Shown here piece by piece: positions 11,874-25,200 of a stretch of 64,000 nt of DNA; position 1 is the first letter of the stretch, and each line of letters begins with the position of its first letter. Source of the DNA: Mobula birostris (Eukaryota); NCBI RefSeq assembly GCF_030028105.1, contig NC_092374.1:195233345-195297344 (forward strand), in the 5' to 3' direction. Below the pieces are notes generated by a model. That model was not told the DNA's origin. It worked only from the letters and a program-made list of their open reading frames with translations, and made no database searches. A program made the position numbers and the translations under genes.

Positions 11874-12333
11874 TTTCCTTTAGCAGAAAGGTCATAACCT
11901 TGGGGAACATGGATGCAAAGTTAATTGATAGGACACTTAACGTTAATTGTACTAGTATCAAAACGTTATTTCAAAGGTAGTTCAAGGCCGAAACACCAAG
12001 AAAGAATCAGCGGTTGAAACAAGACAATTATTTAAACCCTCTTCATATTTTCTTTTCGCCGAGATCCCTGAACTATCACTGAACTACGCAAGAAAGAGTT
12101 TCAGGCTACTGTAATTATCTTTCTCTCTGGATTTCAACTTGCTCTCCAGAAATTAACAGTAGTGCCTGCCAGAGTAATCCTGATGTTATAACGTACGGAA
12201 GTGGGACCCAAAGCGAGGATGGATGAAAATATATTTTGTGGTTGTGTTTCTACCACGGCATGAATCCGACTGGGCGAATTCTGATAATGGTGGGTAAAGC
12301 ACAGAACCCGATTGTAACATCGCGTAAACTTAC

Positions 12334-12678
12334 GTATGACTGTGACTCCTGATCCGTTTCCAAGATATGTTCCATCCAGGGAAACATTCAGCTGGCAGTA
12401 ATACACTCCCGTATCGTTCATTCTGAGATGGGTGATTCTGATAGATGACCTTTGAAAATCCGGAAAATTGTTTTGCTGAACGCGACCTTTATACCCTCTG
12501 CATGTGCAGCAAACGGAACGGTCTTCCACGTCTTTGTACCAACTCAATGTTCCAGTCACATTTCCCCTGAAGTGGGTTGCATTTCGGATATAAGTACAAT
12601 ATAGTTCCACCGTCTCTCCTTCGGCAACGGTAACACGCTGCGGCGATTGCCTGATTGTTATTGGGATGCCGGCGGTTC
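12334..12678 (-). CDS. Gene A N-terminal VJ-type Ig V exon (V-A1)
   Basis: Acceptor tctagttttag|GA and donor ATAC|gtaagt; 345 bp, phase 1-1, open. Motifs LYC, LSWYK, DTGVYYC and LGNGSGVTV; extra CCTC. Gap-free alignment to V-A2 (56 of 115 residues identical by hand count). Confidence 0.93.
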
Positions 12679-12691
12679 CTAAAACTAGATA

Positions 12692-14050
12692 TAGAGTCAT
12701 AGAGTCATGGAATAATAGAATATTACAGCAGAAAGCAGGCCCTTCGGCCTATCTAGTCCGTGCAGAACCATTTAATCCGTCTAGTCCCATCAACCTGCAC
12801 CCAGACCATTGCCATTAATACCTCTACTATCCACGTACCTATCCAAACCGCTCTTAAACGTTGAAATCGAGCTCGCATGCGCCACCTACTCTGACAACAC
12901 GTTTCAGACTCTCACGATCTCTGCGTGAAGAAGTTTCCCCTCATGTACCAATTAACCTTTAACCAACGACTTGTTGTAGTCCCACTCACCCTCAGTGGAA
13001 AACGCCAACTTGCATTTACCCGATCCATATCCCTCATCATTTTGTACACAGCTATGAAATCTCGCCCCAATCTTCTACGTTCCGAGAAATAACGTCCTAA
13101 CCTATTCAATCTTTCCTTATAATTCAGGACCTCCAGTCCCGGCAACATTCTGTGAAATTTTCTCTGTACTCTTTCAATCTTGTTTACATCTCTCCTATAG
13201 GTAAGTGCACACAATACTCCTAATTAGGCCTCATCAACATCAAGTGCAATTTCAATATAACATCCCATCTCCTGTACTCAATACTTTCATTTATGAAGGC
13301 CAACGTGGCAAAAGCTTTCTTTATGACCCTATCTTCCCGTGACGCCAATTTAATTAATCTATAGACCTGTATTCCCTGATCCCTTTGTTCTACTGAACTC
13401 TTTCACAGTATAAGACCTGCATTGGGTGGTCCCACCAAAGTGCAACGCCTCGCACTTGTCTCCATTTTTCAGCCCATACTTCCAGCTGGTCCGAATCCTA
13501 TTGCAAGCACTAAAAGTCTCCTGAGCTGTCCACTACACTCCCAATCTAGGTGCCACCCGTAAATCTGCTGATCCAATTAACCACGTTACCATCCAGATCA
13601 TTGATATAGATGACAAAAAACAGTGGACCCAACACTGATCCCTGTGACACCCCTAATGACGGGCCTCCAATCGGAGAAGCAATTATTTACTACCACTCTC
13701 TGGCTTCTCCCACAAAGACAATGTCTAATCCAATTTACTACCTTATTGTGAATACCAAGCGTCCGAACCTTTCCAAACTCCCATGTGGAATCTTTCCAAG
13801 TGCCTTGCTGAAGTCCATGTCGGCTGCATCCATCGTCTTACCTTCATTAACTTTTCTGGTTACGTCCTCGGGAAAAACTATAAGATTGGTTAGGTAGGAC
13901 ATACCACAGACAACGCCATGCTGACCATCACTAATTCCTCTTTTTCTTTCCAAATATATATATATCCGTTCCTCTAGGATACCTTCCAATAACGTTCATT
14001 ACTGATGTCAGGTTCACCGCCCTATAATTTCCTGATTTATTGTGAAAGCT
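12692..14050 (-). mobile_element. Decayed 5'-truncated CR1 LINE in gene A intron 1
   Basis: RT motifs (SDGQHGVVCGMSYLTNLI..DFSKALGKIPH; RRDVNKIERVQRKF) and an (ATAGAGTC)n tail at about 12690-12710. Confidence 0.85.
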
Positions 14051-15454
14051 TTACCTAGGCAGCGGAACAAGAAAAGTATCCTCCAAAAGTTCGGTCCTTC
14101 GCCTGTCGCTAATAGTCACAACTTCAGCGCCATGATACTCTGCGCCCAGCTAAGCACGAATGGGGATAAAAGGTTGCGTTTTCCAAGCCAGGTTACTGTG
14201 ATAGTACAGAGAAAATAGATGCTGCTCTTTCAACTGCTGCATCTATCTGACGTGGGGGAGGACACATTCAGCGATATAAAATCGCCAAGCTGCTTAATTT
14301 ATTTAAGATTAATTACAAGATCTTCTTTAATTTGGCAATAGCGGTTGCAATAACACAATTAGGTAAACCCCCTTCTTTGAAACTTTTCACCAAGTTATCT
14401 AGACTACTACTGAGCCGTGCATAGAACAGCTTAAGGTTTTTACACTAGATTTCAACTTGTCATCCAGGAATCAACAGTAACCAAACTTTCAATGGAGTGG
14501 TTATTGTAAAGCGGCCAGTTGATACCTCCTGTTTGTGATTAAGATATAACTGTCATACGTATTTTGAAACATACAGAGAACTACGTCATTCGTGTTAACG
14601 GCTAACACACACCAGGACGTGCTGGGGGGTAGCCCGTAAGTGTCGCCACACACTCCAGCGCCAATAACATGTCCACCATGCTGAGGCGAACAACACAAAA
14701 CAGAACAAACAGAACATGACAAGGGGTAAAGCAACAGCAGCAGTTCAAGACACGTCCCTCCCTCCCTTCTCCCCGCCACTCATATGCCTTAATCCCAGGA
14801 CGGCAGTCTCCTGTGGACTCGTGGATTCGCAGCCTCGGGCTTCGATTACCCAAGTCTACATATTCCTTTGATCTGTCTAAAGTAAAGAAACACCGGACGA
14901 TTTCTCCTGGCATCTCCTCCCAAGCACATGTTCTAACGCGTAAAGGACAATGCTGACATGCTAACATATGTTGCAAAACAAAAACTGACTATCAATTTGA
15001 ATTTTATTATTACCCTGTTACTATTTGGTTCCAAAGAGACCATACCTATCTAGCTTCTGTGTTTCTTAGTCAAATCACACCCTGCTTGCTGCCTGTGCAT
15101 CAGGGAGAATCTATAGCGGCATGAATCTGATGTGCTTTGCGGTGAACATATTTATGTCTTATTTGTAACTTGCGATAACACTTTTAATTGTTACACATCT
15201 GCAATTAAAAGCAGGGGGAGATCGGTCAATCCAAACAACATCTTATATCCCAGCAACATGAATTACCCGAAGGCTGCAGAAGTTAATTCTAAGTCCTGTA
15301 TAATTGCATTGTCTCTGCCCACCCCCCGCCCCATCCCACCCGACCGTTTCAGTAGAAAGAGTTAAAATCTGAAATCAAGTTACTGAATTTATTCCTGGCT
15401 AGTCGCTTCTGAACTGACTCTGGAGAACCAGTATGTGCATAGCCTTTTTTAATA

Positions 15455-18400
15455 ACATAGAAACATAGAAAATCTACAGCACAATGCAGGTCCTCCGGCC
15501 CGCAAAGCTGTGCCGAACAAGTACTGACTTAGAAATTTTTACCTAAGGTTACTCATACCCTCTATTTTTCTAAGCTCCATGTATCTATCCAGGAGTCTCT
15601 GAAAGGACCCTATACCGCCCCACCTTCACTACCGTCGGCGGAAGCCCATTCCGCGCACTCACCTCTCTCTGCGTAAAAACCCTACCCCTGACAACTCCTC
15701 TGTACCTACTTCCAAGCACCTTAAAACTGTGTCCTCTTGCGTTCGCCATTTCAGCCCTGGGAAAACGCCTCCGACTATCCACACGATCAATGCTTCTCAT
15801 CATCTAATCACCTCAATCAGGTCGCCTTTCATCCTTCATTGCTCCAAGGAGAAAAGGCCGAGTTCACGCAACCTATTCTTGTCAGGCATGCTCCCCAATC
15901 CAGTCAATATCCTTGTAGGTCTCCTCTGCAGCTTTTCTATAGTTTCCACATCCTTCCTGTAGTGAGATGACCAGAACTGAGCACCGTGCTCCAAGTGGGG
16001 TCTGACCAGGGTTCCATACTGCTGTAACATTACGTCTCGGCTCTTAAACTCGATCTCATGGTTGATGAGGGCCAATGCGCCGTATGCCTTCTTAACCACA
16101 GAGTCAACCTGCGCAGCAGCTTTGAGTGTCCTATGGATTTGGACCCCAAGATCCCTCTGATCCTCCACACTGCCAAGAGTCTTACCATTAATGCTATATT
16201 CTGCCATCGTATTTGACCTAACAAAATGAACCTCCTCAACTTATCTGGGTTGAACTCCATTTGCCACTTCTAAGCCCAGTTTTGAAACCTATCACTGTCC
16301 CACTGTAACCTCTGACAGCCCTCCACATTGTCCACAACACCTCCAATATTTGTTTCATCAGCAAGTTTACTAACCCATCCCTCCACTTCACCATCCAGGT
16401 CATTGATAAAATTCACGATAAGAAGGTGTCCCAGAACAGATCCATGAGGCACACCACTGGTGACCTCCATGCAGAATATGACCCGTCTACAACCACGCTT
16501 TGCCTTCTGTGATCAAGCCAATTCTGGATCCTCAAAGCAATGTCCCTTTGGATCCCGTGCCTCCTTACTTCCTCAATAAGCCTTGCATAGGGTACCTTAT
16601 CAAATGCCTTGCTGAAATCCATATTCACTACATCTACAGCTCTACCATCATCAGTGTATGTAGTCACATCCTCAAAAAATTCAATCAGGCTCGTAAGGCA
16701 CGACGTGACTTTGACAAAGCCTTGCTGACTATTCCTAATTATATTACGCCTCTCCAAATGTTTATAAATCCTGCCTTTCAGGATCTTTTCCATCAACCTA
16801 CCAACCGCTGAAGTAAGACTTACTGGTCTATAATTTCCTGTGCTATCTTTGCTCACCTTCCTGAATAAAGGAACAACTTCTGCAATCCTCCAATCCTCCG
16901 TAACCTCTCCCGTCCCCATTGATGATGCAAAGATCATTGCCAGAGGCTCAGCAATCTCCTTCCTCGCCTCCCACAGTAGCCTGTGGTACATCCCTTCCGT
17001 TCCCGGAGACCTATCCAGCTGGATGCTTTCCAAAAGCCCCTGAACATCCTCTTTTTTAATATCTACATAGAAACATAGAAAATAGGTGCAGGAGTAGGCC
17101 ATTCGGCCCTTCGAGCCTGCACCGCCATTTATTATGATCATGGCTGATCATCCAACTCAGAACACCGCCCCAGCCTTCCCTCCATACCCCCTGACCCCCG
17201 TAGCCACAAGGGCCATATCTAACTCCCTCTTAAATATAGCCAATGAACTGGCCTCAACTGTTTCCTGTGGCAGAGAATTCCACAGATTCACCACTCTCTG
17301 TGTGAAGAAGTTTTTCCTAATCTCGGTCCTAAAAGGCTTCCCCTCTATCCTCTAACTGTGACCCCTCGTTCTGGACTTCCCCAACATCGGGAACAATCTT
17401 CCTGCATCTAGCCTGTCCAATCCCTTTAGGATCTTATACGTTTCAATCAGATCCCCCCTCAATCTTCTAAATTCCAACGAGTACAAGCCCAGTTCATCCA
17501 GTCTTTCTTCATATGAAAGTCCTGCCATCCCAGGAATCAATCTGGTGGACCTTCTCTGTACTCCCTCTATGGCAAGGATGTCTTTCCTCAGATTAGGGGA
17601 CCAAAACTGCACACAATACTCCAGGTGTGGCCTCACCAAGGCCTTGTACAACTGCAGTAGTACCTCCCTGCTCCTGTACTCAAATCCTCTCGCTATAAAT
17701 GCCAGCATACCATTCGCCTTTTTCACCGCCTGCTGTACCTGCATGCCCACTTTCAATGACTGGTGTATAATGACACCCAGGTCTCGTTGCACCTCCCCTT
17801 TTCCTAATCGGCCATCATTCAGATAATAATCTGTTTTCCTATTTTTGCCACCAAAGTGGATAACTTCACATTTATCCACATTAAATTGCATCTGCCATGA
17901 ATTTGCCTACTCACCCAACCTATCCAAGTCACCCTGCATCCTCTTAGCATCCTCCTCACAGCTAACACTGCCACCCAGCTTCGTGTCATCCGCAAATTTG
18001 GAGATGCTGCATTTAATTCCCTCATCCAAGTCATTAATATATATTGTAAACAACTGAGGTCCCAGCACTGAGCCTTGCGGTACCCCACTAGTCACCACCT
18101 GCCATTCTGAAAAGGTCCCGTTTATTCCCACTCTTTGTTTCCTGTCTGCTAACCAACTCTCCACCCACACCAATACCTTACCCCCAATACCATGTGCTTT
18201 AAGTTTGCACACTAATCTCCTGTGTGGGACCTTGTCAAAAGCCTTCTGAAAATCCAAATATACCACATCCACTGGTTCTCCCCTATTCACTCTACTAGTT
18301 ACATCCTCAAAAAATTCTATGAGATTCGTCAGACATGATTTTCCTTTCACAAATCCATGCTGACTTTGTCCGATCATTTCACCGCTTTCCAAATGTGCTG

Positions 18401-18860
18401 TTATCACATCCTTGATAACTGACTCCAGCAGTTTCCCCACCACCGACGTTAGGCTAACCGGTCTATAATTCCCCGGTACATGCTCAAGCTTTTCAATCCG
18501 TTGTAAGGCATCCCTACAATCGCCAAGATTCTTTTCCGTAGTGAATACTGAAGCAAAGTACTCTGCAATCTGTCTGGTTCCATACACACTTTTCCACTGT
18601 CACACTTGATTGGTCCTATCCTCTCACATCTGATCCTCTTGCTCTTCACATACTTGTAGAGCGCCTTCGAGATTTCCTTAATCCTGTCCGCCAAGGCCTT
18701 CTCATGGCCTCTCTGGCTCTCCTAATTTCTTTCCTGAGCTCCTTCTTGCTAGCCTTTTAATTTTCTAGCTCTCTATCATTACCCAGCTTTTTGAACCTTT
18801 CGTAAGCTTTTCTTTTCTTCTTGACTAGATTTGCAACAGCCTTTGTACACTACGGTTCAA
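15455..18860 (-). mobile_element. CR1 LINE fragment interrupted by a younger CR1
   Basis: RT motifs in ORFs 15836..16207 and 16413..17141. The reading ..IEKLEHV (18480) resumes as DIKKEDV.. (17063) on the other side of the insertion. Confidence 0.88.
17069..18476 (-). mobile_element. Young 5'-truncated CR1 LINE nested in the older CR1
   Basis: A single frame from PGNYRPVSL through FADDTK to the C-terminus, broken only by two in-frame TAG codons (17907-17909 and 17352-17354). (CATAGAAA)n tail; TACAT duplicated at 17064-17068 and 18477-18481. Confidence 0.9.
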
Positions 18861-19053
18861 ATAGGTATCACTTTTTAATATGTAACGTCACTGTTCGATA
18901 CTCATGGAAATACAGGGCTCTTTGTGAAAAAATACTGGCTAATAATTGATATTTACAAAACCAAACAAGCGAGTTGCAGCAGATTTTAATACTCTAACTG
19001 GGCGTCATGTAGCGTGCTTGATACGGAAATTATGTACCTGCTATCTGTTATGA

Positions 19054-19057
<4 letters not shown>

Positions 19058-19093
<36 letters not shown>

Positions 19094-19110
19094 AGAGAGA
19101 GAGAGAGAGA
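19058..19110. repeat. (GT)n(AG)n microsatellite
   Basis: Read directly from the sequence. Confidence 0.95.
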
Positions 19111-19119
19111 GATTAAGGG

Positions 19120-19510
19120 AGCTAGGGCTTTACTCTTTGGAGAGAAGGAGGATGAGAGGAGACATGATAGAGGTGTACAAGATAATAAGAGGAATAGATA
19201 GAGTGGATAGCCAGCGCCTCTTCCCCAGGGCACCACTGCTCAATACAAGAGGACATGACTTTAAGGTAAGGGGTGGGAAGTTCAAGGGGGATGTTGGAGG
19301 AAGGTTTTTTACTCAGAGAGTGGTTGGTGCGTGGAATGCACTGCCTGAGTCAGTGGTGGAGGCAGATACACCAGTGAAGTTTAAGAGACTACTAGACAGG
19401 TATCTGGAGGAATCTAAGGTGGGGGCTTATATGGGAGGCAGGGTTTGAGGGTCGGCACAACATTGTGGGCCGAAGGGCCTGTACTGTGCTGTACTATTCT
19501 ATTATCTTGT
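19120..19510 (+). mobile_element. CR1 3' fragment
   Basis: ORF 19137..19448 contains ERRRMRGDMIEVYKI...FFTQRVVGAWNALP. Confidence 0.9.
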
Positions 19511-19717
19511 ACAGTACACATATTCTTATTTTTATATTCGCTTGTTTACTTGGAGATACATCGCTGAACAGGCCGTTCTGGCCCAACGAGCCGCGACGCT
19601 CAGCAGCTTACCTATTCAACCCTGGGCTAATCGCAAGTCAATTTAAAATGGCCATCTAACCTACTAACCGATATGTCTTTGCAATGTGGGAAGAGACTCG
19701 GTGACTGCATTACTTAC

Positions 19718-19760
19718 CGTTGAACAACAGCACTGACAAAACGATCGTACTCCACAGCAT
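19718..19760 (-). CDS. Gene A leader exon, MLWSTIVLSVLLFN(G)
   Basis: Kozak-like ccaaaccATG, 14 hydrophobic codons + G, donor AACG|gtaagt. 43 bp, phase 1. Joins V-A1 to give the signal peptide MLWSTIVLSVLLFNGTAG. Confidence 0.85.
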
Positions 19761-20571
19761 GGTTTGGCGGCCACCTGTAAATGAAGGCTGAAGATCATCA
19801 CTTGCCCACACATTAATGTAGTTCACTAAATAATATGGTTGTGTTGGCAAAGATTACCAATCTTCTTCGTAACTCCACTCACATTAAAGCACTTTAATCT
19901 ATTGCATAGAATTTTATAGACGGTGGGTGGTTGTATGAGCAGCGGGTGCATATCACATGTCCTGAAAAGTATTGATAATGGCTGGGTTCACTCATCTGGA
20001 AAAAGCACTTCACAGAAGAAGGCAGTGGCAAACCACTTCTGTAGGATTTGCCAAGAACAATCATGGCCATAGACCATGATCATCCACGTCATTCGACACG
20101 GCACGTAATGATGCTGATGATAGTTTTTAAAAGTCCCCTCCCCCGTCCTGTAACTCTGTAACGGAAAAATTACAATTTATTGATTCACCATTTCATGAAA
20201 AATCTAGTCGTCACGGTTCTTATGCCCAAATATATAGGTCCGTATTTGTATATGGACCAGTATATTTGGACACAATAAATCCGGCGCCCAAATAAGTCCA
20301 TGTACAAACCACAATATGTAGTATACAAGGTGCATATGCAAATCTGCCCCCAACCCACTGAGATCTGGACTGGTGGGTGAAAGGCAGTGGGCTGAAGACA
20401 GAGAAAAAGAACAAAGCTAACCTAATCATACAGATACATTCTAGACTGATCAAAAAGATATAGTATATTTAGAAATCTTCTGGAATTGTGCCAATTCCAT
20501 AAAAATGGCCCAGGGAATTTTGGGTGAATGGGAAATTCAGATCTTGATGATACTGTAACAAGTATACCGGA

Positions 20572-22250
20572 TAACATAGAAACCATAGGAAAGCTACAGC
20601 ACAGAAACAGGCCTTTTGGCCCCTCTTGACTGTACTGAACCATTATCTGCCTAGTCCCACTGACCTGCACACGGTCCATATCCCCCCATACACCTCCCAT
20701 CCATGTATCTGTCCAATTTATTCTTAAATGTTAAAAAAAGAACCCGCACTTACCACCTCGTCTGGCAGCTCTTTTCACACTCCCACCACTCTGTGTGAAG
20801 AAGGCCCCCCCGCCCACAATGTTCCCTTTAAACTTTTCCCCCTTCACCCTTAACCCATGTCCTCTGGTTTTTTTCTCCCCTTGACTCAGTGGAAAAAGCG
20901 TGCTTGCAGTCACTCTATCTATACCCATCATAATTTTATATACCTCTATCAAATCTCCCCTCATTCTTCTACGCTCCAGGGAATAAAGTCCTAACCTATT
21001 CAACCTTTTTCTGTAACTGAATTTTTCAAGTCCCCGCAACATCCTTGTAAACCTTCTCTGCACTCTTTCAACTTTATTAATATCCTTCCTGTAATTTGGT
21101 GACCAAAACTGAACACAATACTCCAGATTCGGCCTCACCAATGCCTTATACAACCTCATCATAACATTCCAGCTCTTATACTCTGTACTTTGATTAATAA
21201 AGGCCAATGTAGCAAAAGATCTCTTTACAACCCTATCTACCTGTGACGCCACTTTTAGGGAATTTTGTATCTGTATTCCCAGATCCCTCTGTTCTACTGC
21301 ACTCCTCAGTGCCTTACCATTTACTCTGTATGTTCTACCTTGGTTTGTCCTTCCAAAGTGCAATACTTCACACTTGTCTGTATTAAACTCCATCTGCCAT
21401 TTTTAGCCCATTTTTCCAGCTGGTCCAAATCCCTCTGCAAGCTTTGAAAGCCTTCCTCACTGTTCACTACACCTCCAATCTTTGTATCATCAGCAAACTT
21501 GCTGATCCAATTTACCACATTATCATCCAGATCACTGATATAGACGACAAATAACAATGGACCCAGCACTGATCCCTGTGGCACACCACTAGTTACAGGC
21601 CTCCACTCTGAGAAGCAATCCTCTACTACCACTCTTTGGCTTCTTCCATTGAGCCAATGTCTAATCCAATTTACCACCTCTCCATGTATACCTAGCGACT
21701 GAATTTTCCTAAATAGCTTCCCATGCGGGACCTTGTCAAAGGCCTTACTGAAGTCCATGTAGACAACACCCACTGCATTCCCTTCATCCGCTCTCCTGGT
21801 AACCTCCTCGAAAGGCTCCAATAGATTGGTCAAACATGACCTACCACGCACAAAGCCATGTTGACTCTCCCTAATAAGTCCCTGTCTATCCAAATGCTTG
21901 TGGATTCTGTCTCTTAGTACTCCCTGAAATAACTTACCCACCACCGACGTCAAACTTACCGGCCTATAATTTCCCGGATTATTTTTCAATCCTTTTTTAA
22001 ACAACGGAACAACATGAGCCATTCTCCAATCCTCCGGCACCTCACCCGTAGACGCCGACATTTTAAATATATCTGCCAGGACCCCTGAAAATTTCAACAC
22101 TAGTGTCCTTCAGGGTCCGAGGGAATACCCTCTCAGGTTCTGGGGACTTATCCACTTTAATTTGCCTCAAATAGCAAGCACCTTCTTCTTTTCAATCTGT
22201 ACAGTTTCCAAGATCTCACTACTTGTTTCCCTTAATTCCATAGACTTCAT
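20572..22250 (-). mobile_element. 5'-truncated CR1 LINE
   Basis: ORFs 21321..22100 ([42 protein letters not shown]) and 20731..21393, offset by a frameshift; tail at about 20572. Confidence 0.92.
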
Positions 22251-25200
22251 ACAGTAATTTTTAAATGCTAAGTTTTATTTTCCTTCGCCAAATTTTAAAT
22301 TGCTTGGATTTGAATTAACAAAGAAAAGAAACTTACACCTCAATTCACTAACATGATATCAAAATAGCCCCACGCCACTCATATGACTGTGTCATTTTGT
22401 ACAGACGAGATATTTTCTCTGGCAGGCTGGTGAGTGGCATAGGTTGTGGAATCAGTTCAGATTGAGACGATTGAAGCTGTCCACGTTGGTTCAGGAGCCT
22501 GATGTTTGAAGGGTAATAACTGTTCCGTAGGAGCCTTATGTGCTGTTATGTCCTTATAATTTATATGGCTAAAGTAAATACCTTTTAAGTATCCTTTGTT
22601 AAAAGGAGAGGGGGACAATGTTTCCTCACAACTACTTATTTCCAATAAGGCCAGAAACGTTGTTAAGCCCTTCTAACTATTCTCAGTTTTATCGCATCTT
22701 TCATGTACTATGTTGAAGTGAGTCCTCCTGTAATTCAATGGTTCATTGGTTCATTTTAATGTCAGAGAATGTATACAATATACAACCTGAAATCTCTCCC
22801 TTAGAAGAGGTTTTACTTCCTTCATCAGGATCACAAAGAGGCGAAAATCTGCAGATGCTGGAAATCCAAGCAATCCAGGCAGTCGACGTTTCGGGCCGAG
22901 ACGCTTCTCCAGTCCTGATGTAGCATTTCAGCCCGAAACATCGACTCTGCACTTTTCCATAGATACTGCCTGGCCTGCTGCGTTCCTCCAGCATTTTGAG
23001 TGCGTGAATTCTATTGAAGACAGTTTTGGCCTAATTACTTCGCTTTTATATGCCATACCTCATCTTATGAAGAAAATCACCCTGTATTCCTTTTAAACCA
23101 TTGCTTCGCCTGCCCTGCTATACTTAAGGAGTTGTGGTTACATATAATTTATCTATGTATTTCCTTGCCACACGGCGCCAATCTACCTCTCTGGGGTTTA
23201 TTCCATTTGCCTTTTCCGTCTCAAACCGTCAATTTCCTCCTACAAAGTGACCATTTCCCTTGGCTACGATCTAAACCATTACAAACGAAAAACTGAGAAA
23301 GCTAGTGTTGATTCCTATGGCACTTCACTGACAACAGCCGACCAGTCACAAGTACACCCGATAACTCTTACTCTTTGCTTCCTAACACTCCGGCCCAAAT
23401 TTCCAAAGTTCCCTTAGATGTGGCTTTTCTTCCTTCATCAACAAACTTCTTTCGGGACCTTCCAAGAACCTTGTTAAAACCACGTAGAAGACATCAAATA
23501 CGCTGGCCATCGATCCGTCTTGTTACTTCCGAATGGGAATAATATAATCAGTCTAGTCCGTCAAGTCCTTGGATGAGGAAGTCCATGCTGACTGACCCTG
23601 TGGAGATTTGTCCCATTATAAGTCTATTCCTAACTGATTCCAGCACGTCTGTCCACTTTCAGACTACAATTATTTAGTTCACAATTCCTCCTTTTTAACG
23701 AAAAAAGGAACTGGCAACCACTTTTCGACAATGTTTTCACTATGTGTCCACAAGGCTTGCAGCTACAAAGGTAATTTAGCGATATTGATCATATTGCAGT
23801 TAATTCAAGCAGTGCACTCCTTCCCCCCCACCCCACCAACTTACTTCAAGAGTCATACTTTAGCACGTGGATGGGTACTTTCTCAATCTTCGCTGCATCC
23901 TCCTCGGGATGGAAAGGTAAAATTACTTCTAAACGTAGAAGGTAGTCGTCCAATCATAAGCATAGCACAGCAGCATTTTCTTGTTGAAGCCAAGGGGATT
24001 GAAAATGAAATCCCTGCCTGTGGTATGTAATGTGGAACAATATTACTCGTCATTTTCTTCGTATCTGCTTTGCATTTACTTCAGGTCATCTGCAATTTAA
24101 GGTCTTCTGACGTTTCTTCCTCCCATCGCTGTTGCGATTAGTTAAGAGTGCTCTTAATCTACCGATAGCAATTTAGACATCCACTTCCTTACTACGTGAC
24201 AATTAGCAGAGCAGCAAGCTGCGGTGGAAGTTAATGCTAATAAGTTCAAATGTAGCGAAATGAGAGACGCCAAATGTGGACTACAAACTCAAGCATCGGA
24301 TGGGTCAAATTGAAATATAATCCGTTTGTTTGAAGTAAAAGAGAGATTTGTACGTATGTAATGACCTCTGTTAACTCTTGCAGCTCTAAACAAAAAAACA
24401 GCTAGTGGTGGCGTAGCTGTTAATTGCCTGGATCAGGGACTAATTTCCGGCATTAGACATTGCGGCCACATGTTCAAATACCACAGGGGGCATCTTCCTT
24501 TAAAATAGTAGTACACGGCTGCAGCTAGATGAGCTGCAATCTCACAATAAACCGGGTTCAATTCTCACATCTAGTACTCTCTGGAGTTTATATTTTTCCA
24601 TAGAGTTATACAGTACAGCACAGATTATTTCAGCTGCCTCGTCACATCGGCCTGCAGTTAGACCATAGCCCACCACACCCTTCCCGTCCATGTACCTATC
24701 CACACTTCTCTTAAACATTGAGACCGAGCTCGCATGCACCACTTGTGCTGGCAGTTTGTTCCACGGTCTTACGACCCTCTGGGTGAAAAAAGTTTCCCCT
24801 CATGTTCCCCTTCAGCATTTCATTTCCATGTGACCATACCGGTTTCCCCCGGATTCTCCGGTTTCCCCTCCCCATCACAAAGGGCCTGGCGAGTTGACAG
24901 GTTAATTGGCTGATCTAAATTACACCTAGTGTGCGGGTACGTGAAGCAGGCTTATTAGAATGTTCGAAGAGTGTTTTAAAAAGTGATTAGCGCAAATGGT
25001 GTTTGATGGTTTGTGCGGATTCGGTGTCCGACGGGTCTATTTATGTGTTGTGCGGCGTTCAAACTCTGTGTCCGGATTTATATATTCACTGTGGTCATAT
25101 GGGAGACGGCTCATCTTATTTTAACAATTGTCGAAATAGAATGAGCAGACAGTAGGGCTTTGCTGCAGGGGAGAGGATGTTAAAAGTCTGTGCATGATGA

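Noticed and set aside
14080-14195. Acceptor followed by ..SWAQSIMALKL*, faintly like the MGVKL TM motif
   Set aside because: It stops right after the motif, has no hydrophobic helix, and has no V exon upstream to serve.
23845-23928. 84-bp segment with good acceptor and donor on the minus strand
   Set aside because: It has stops in all three phases and no similarity to the receptor exons. At most it is a non-coding exon, which sequence alone cannot support.
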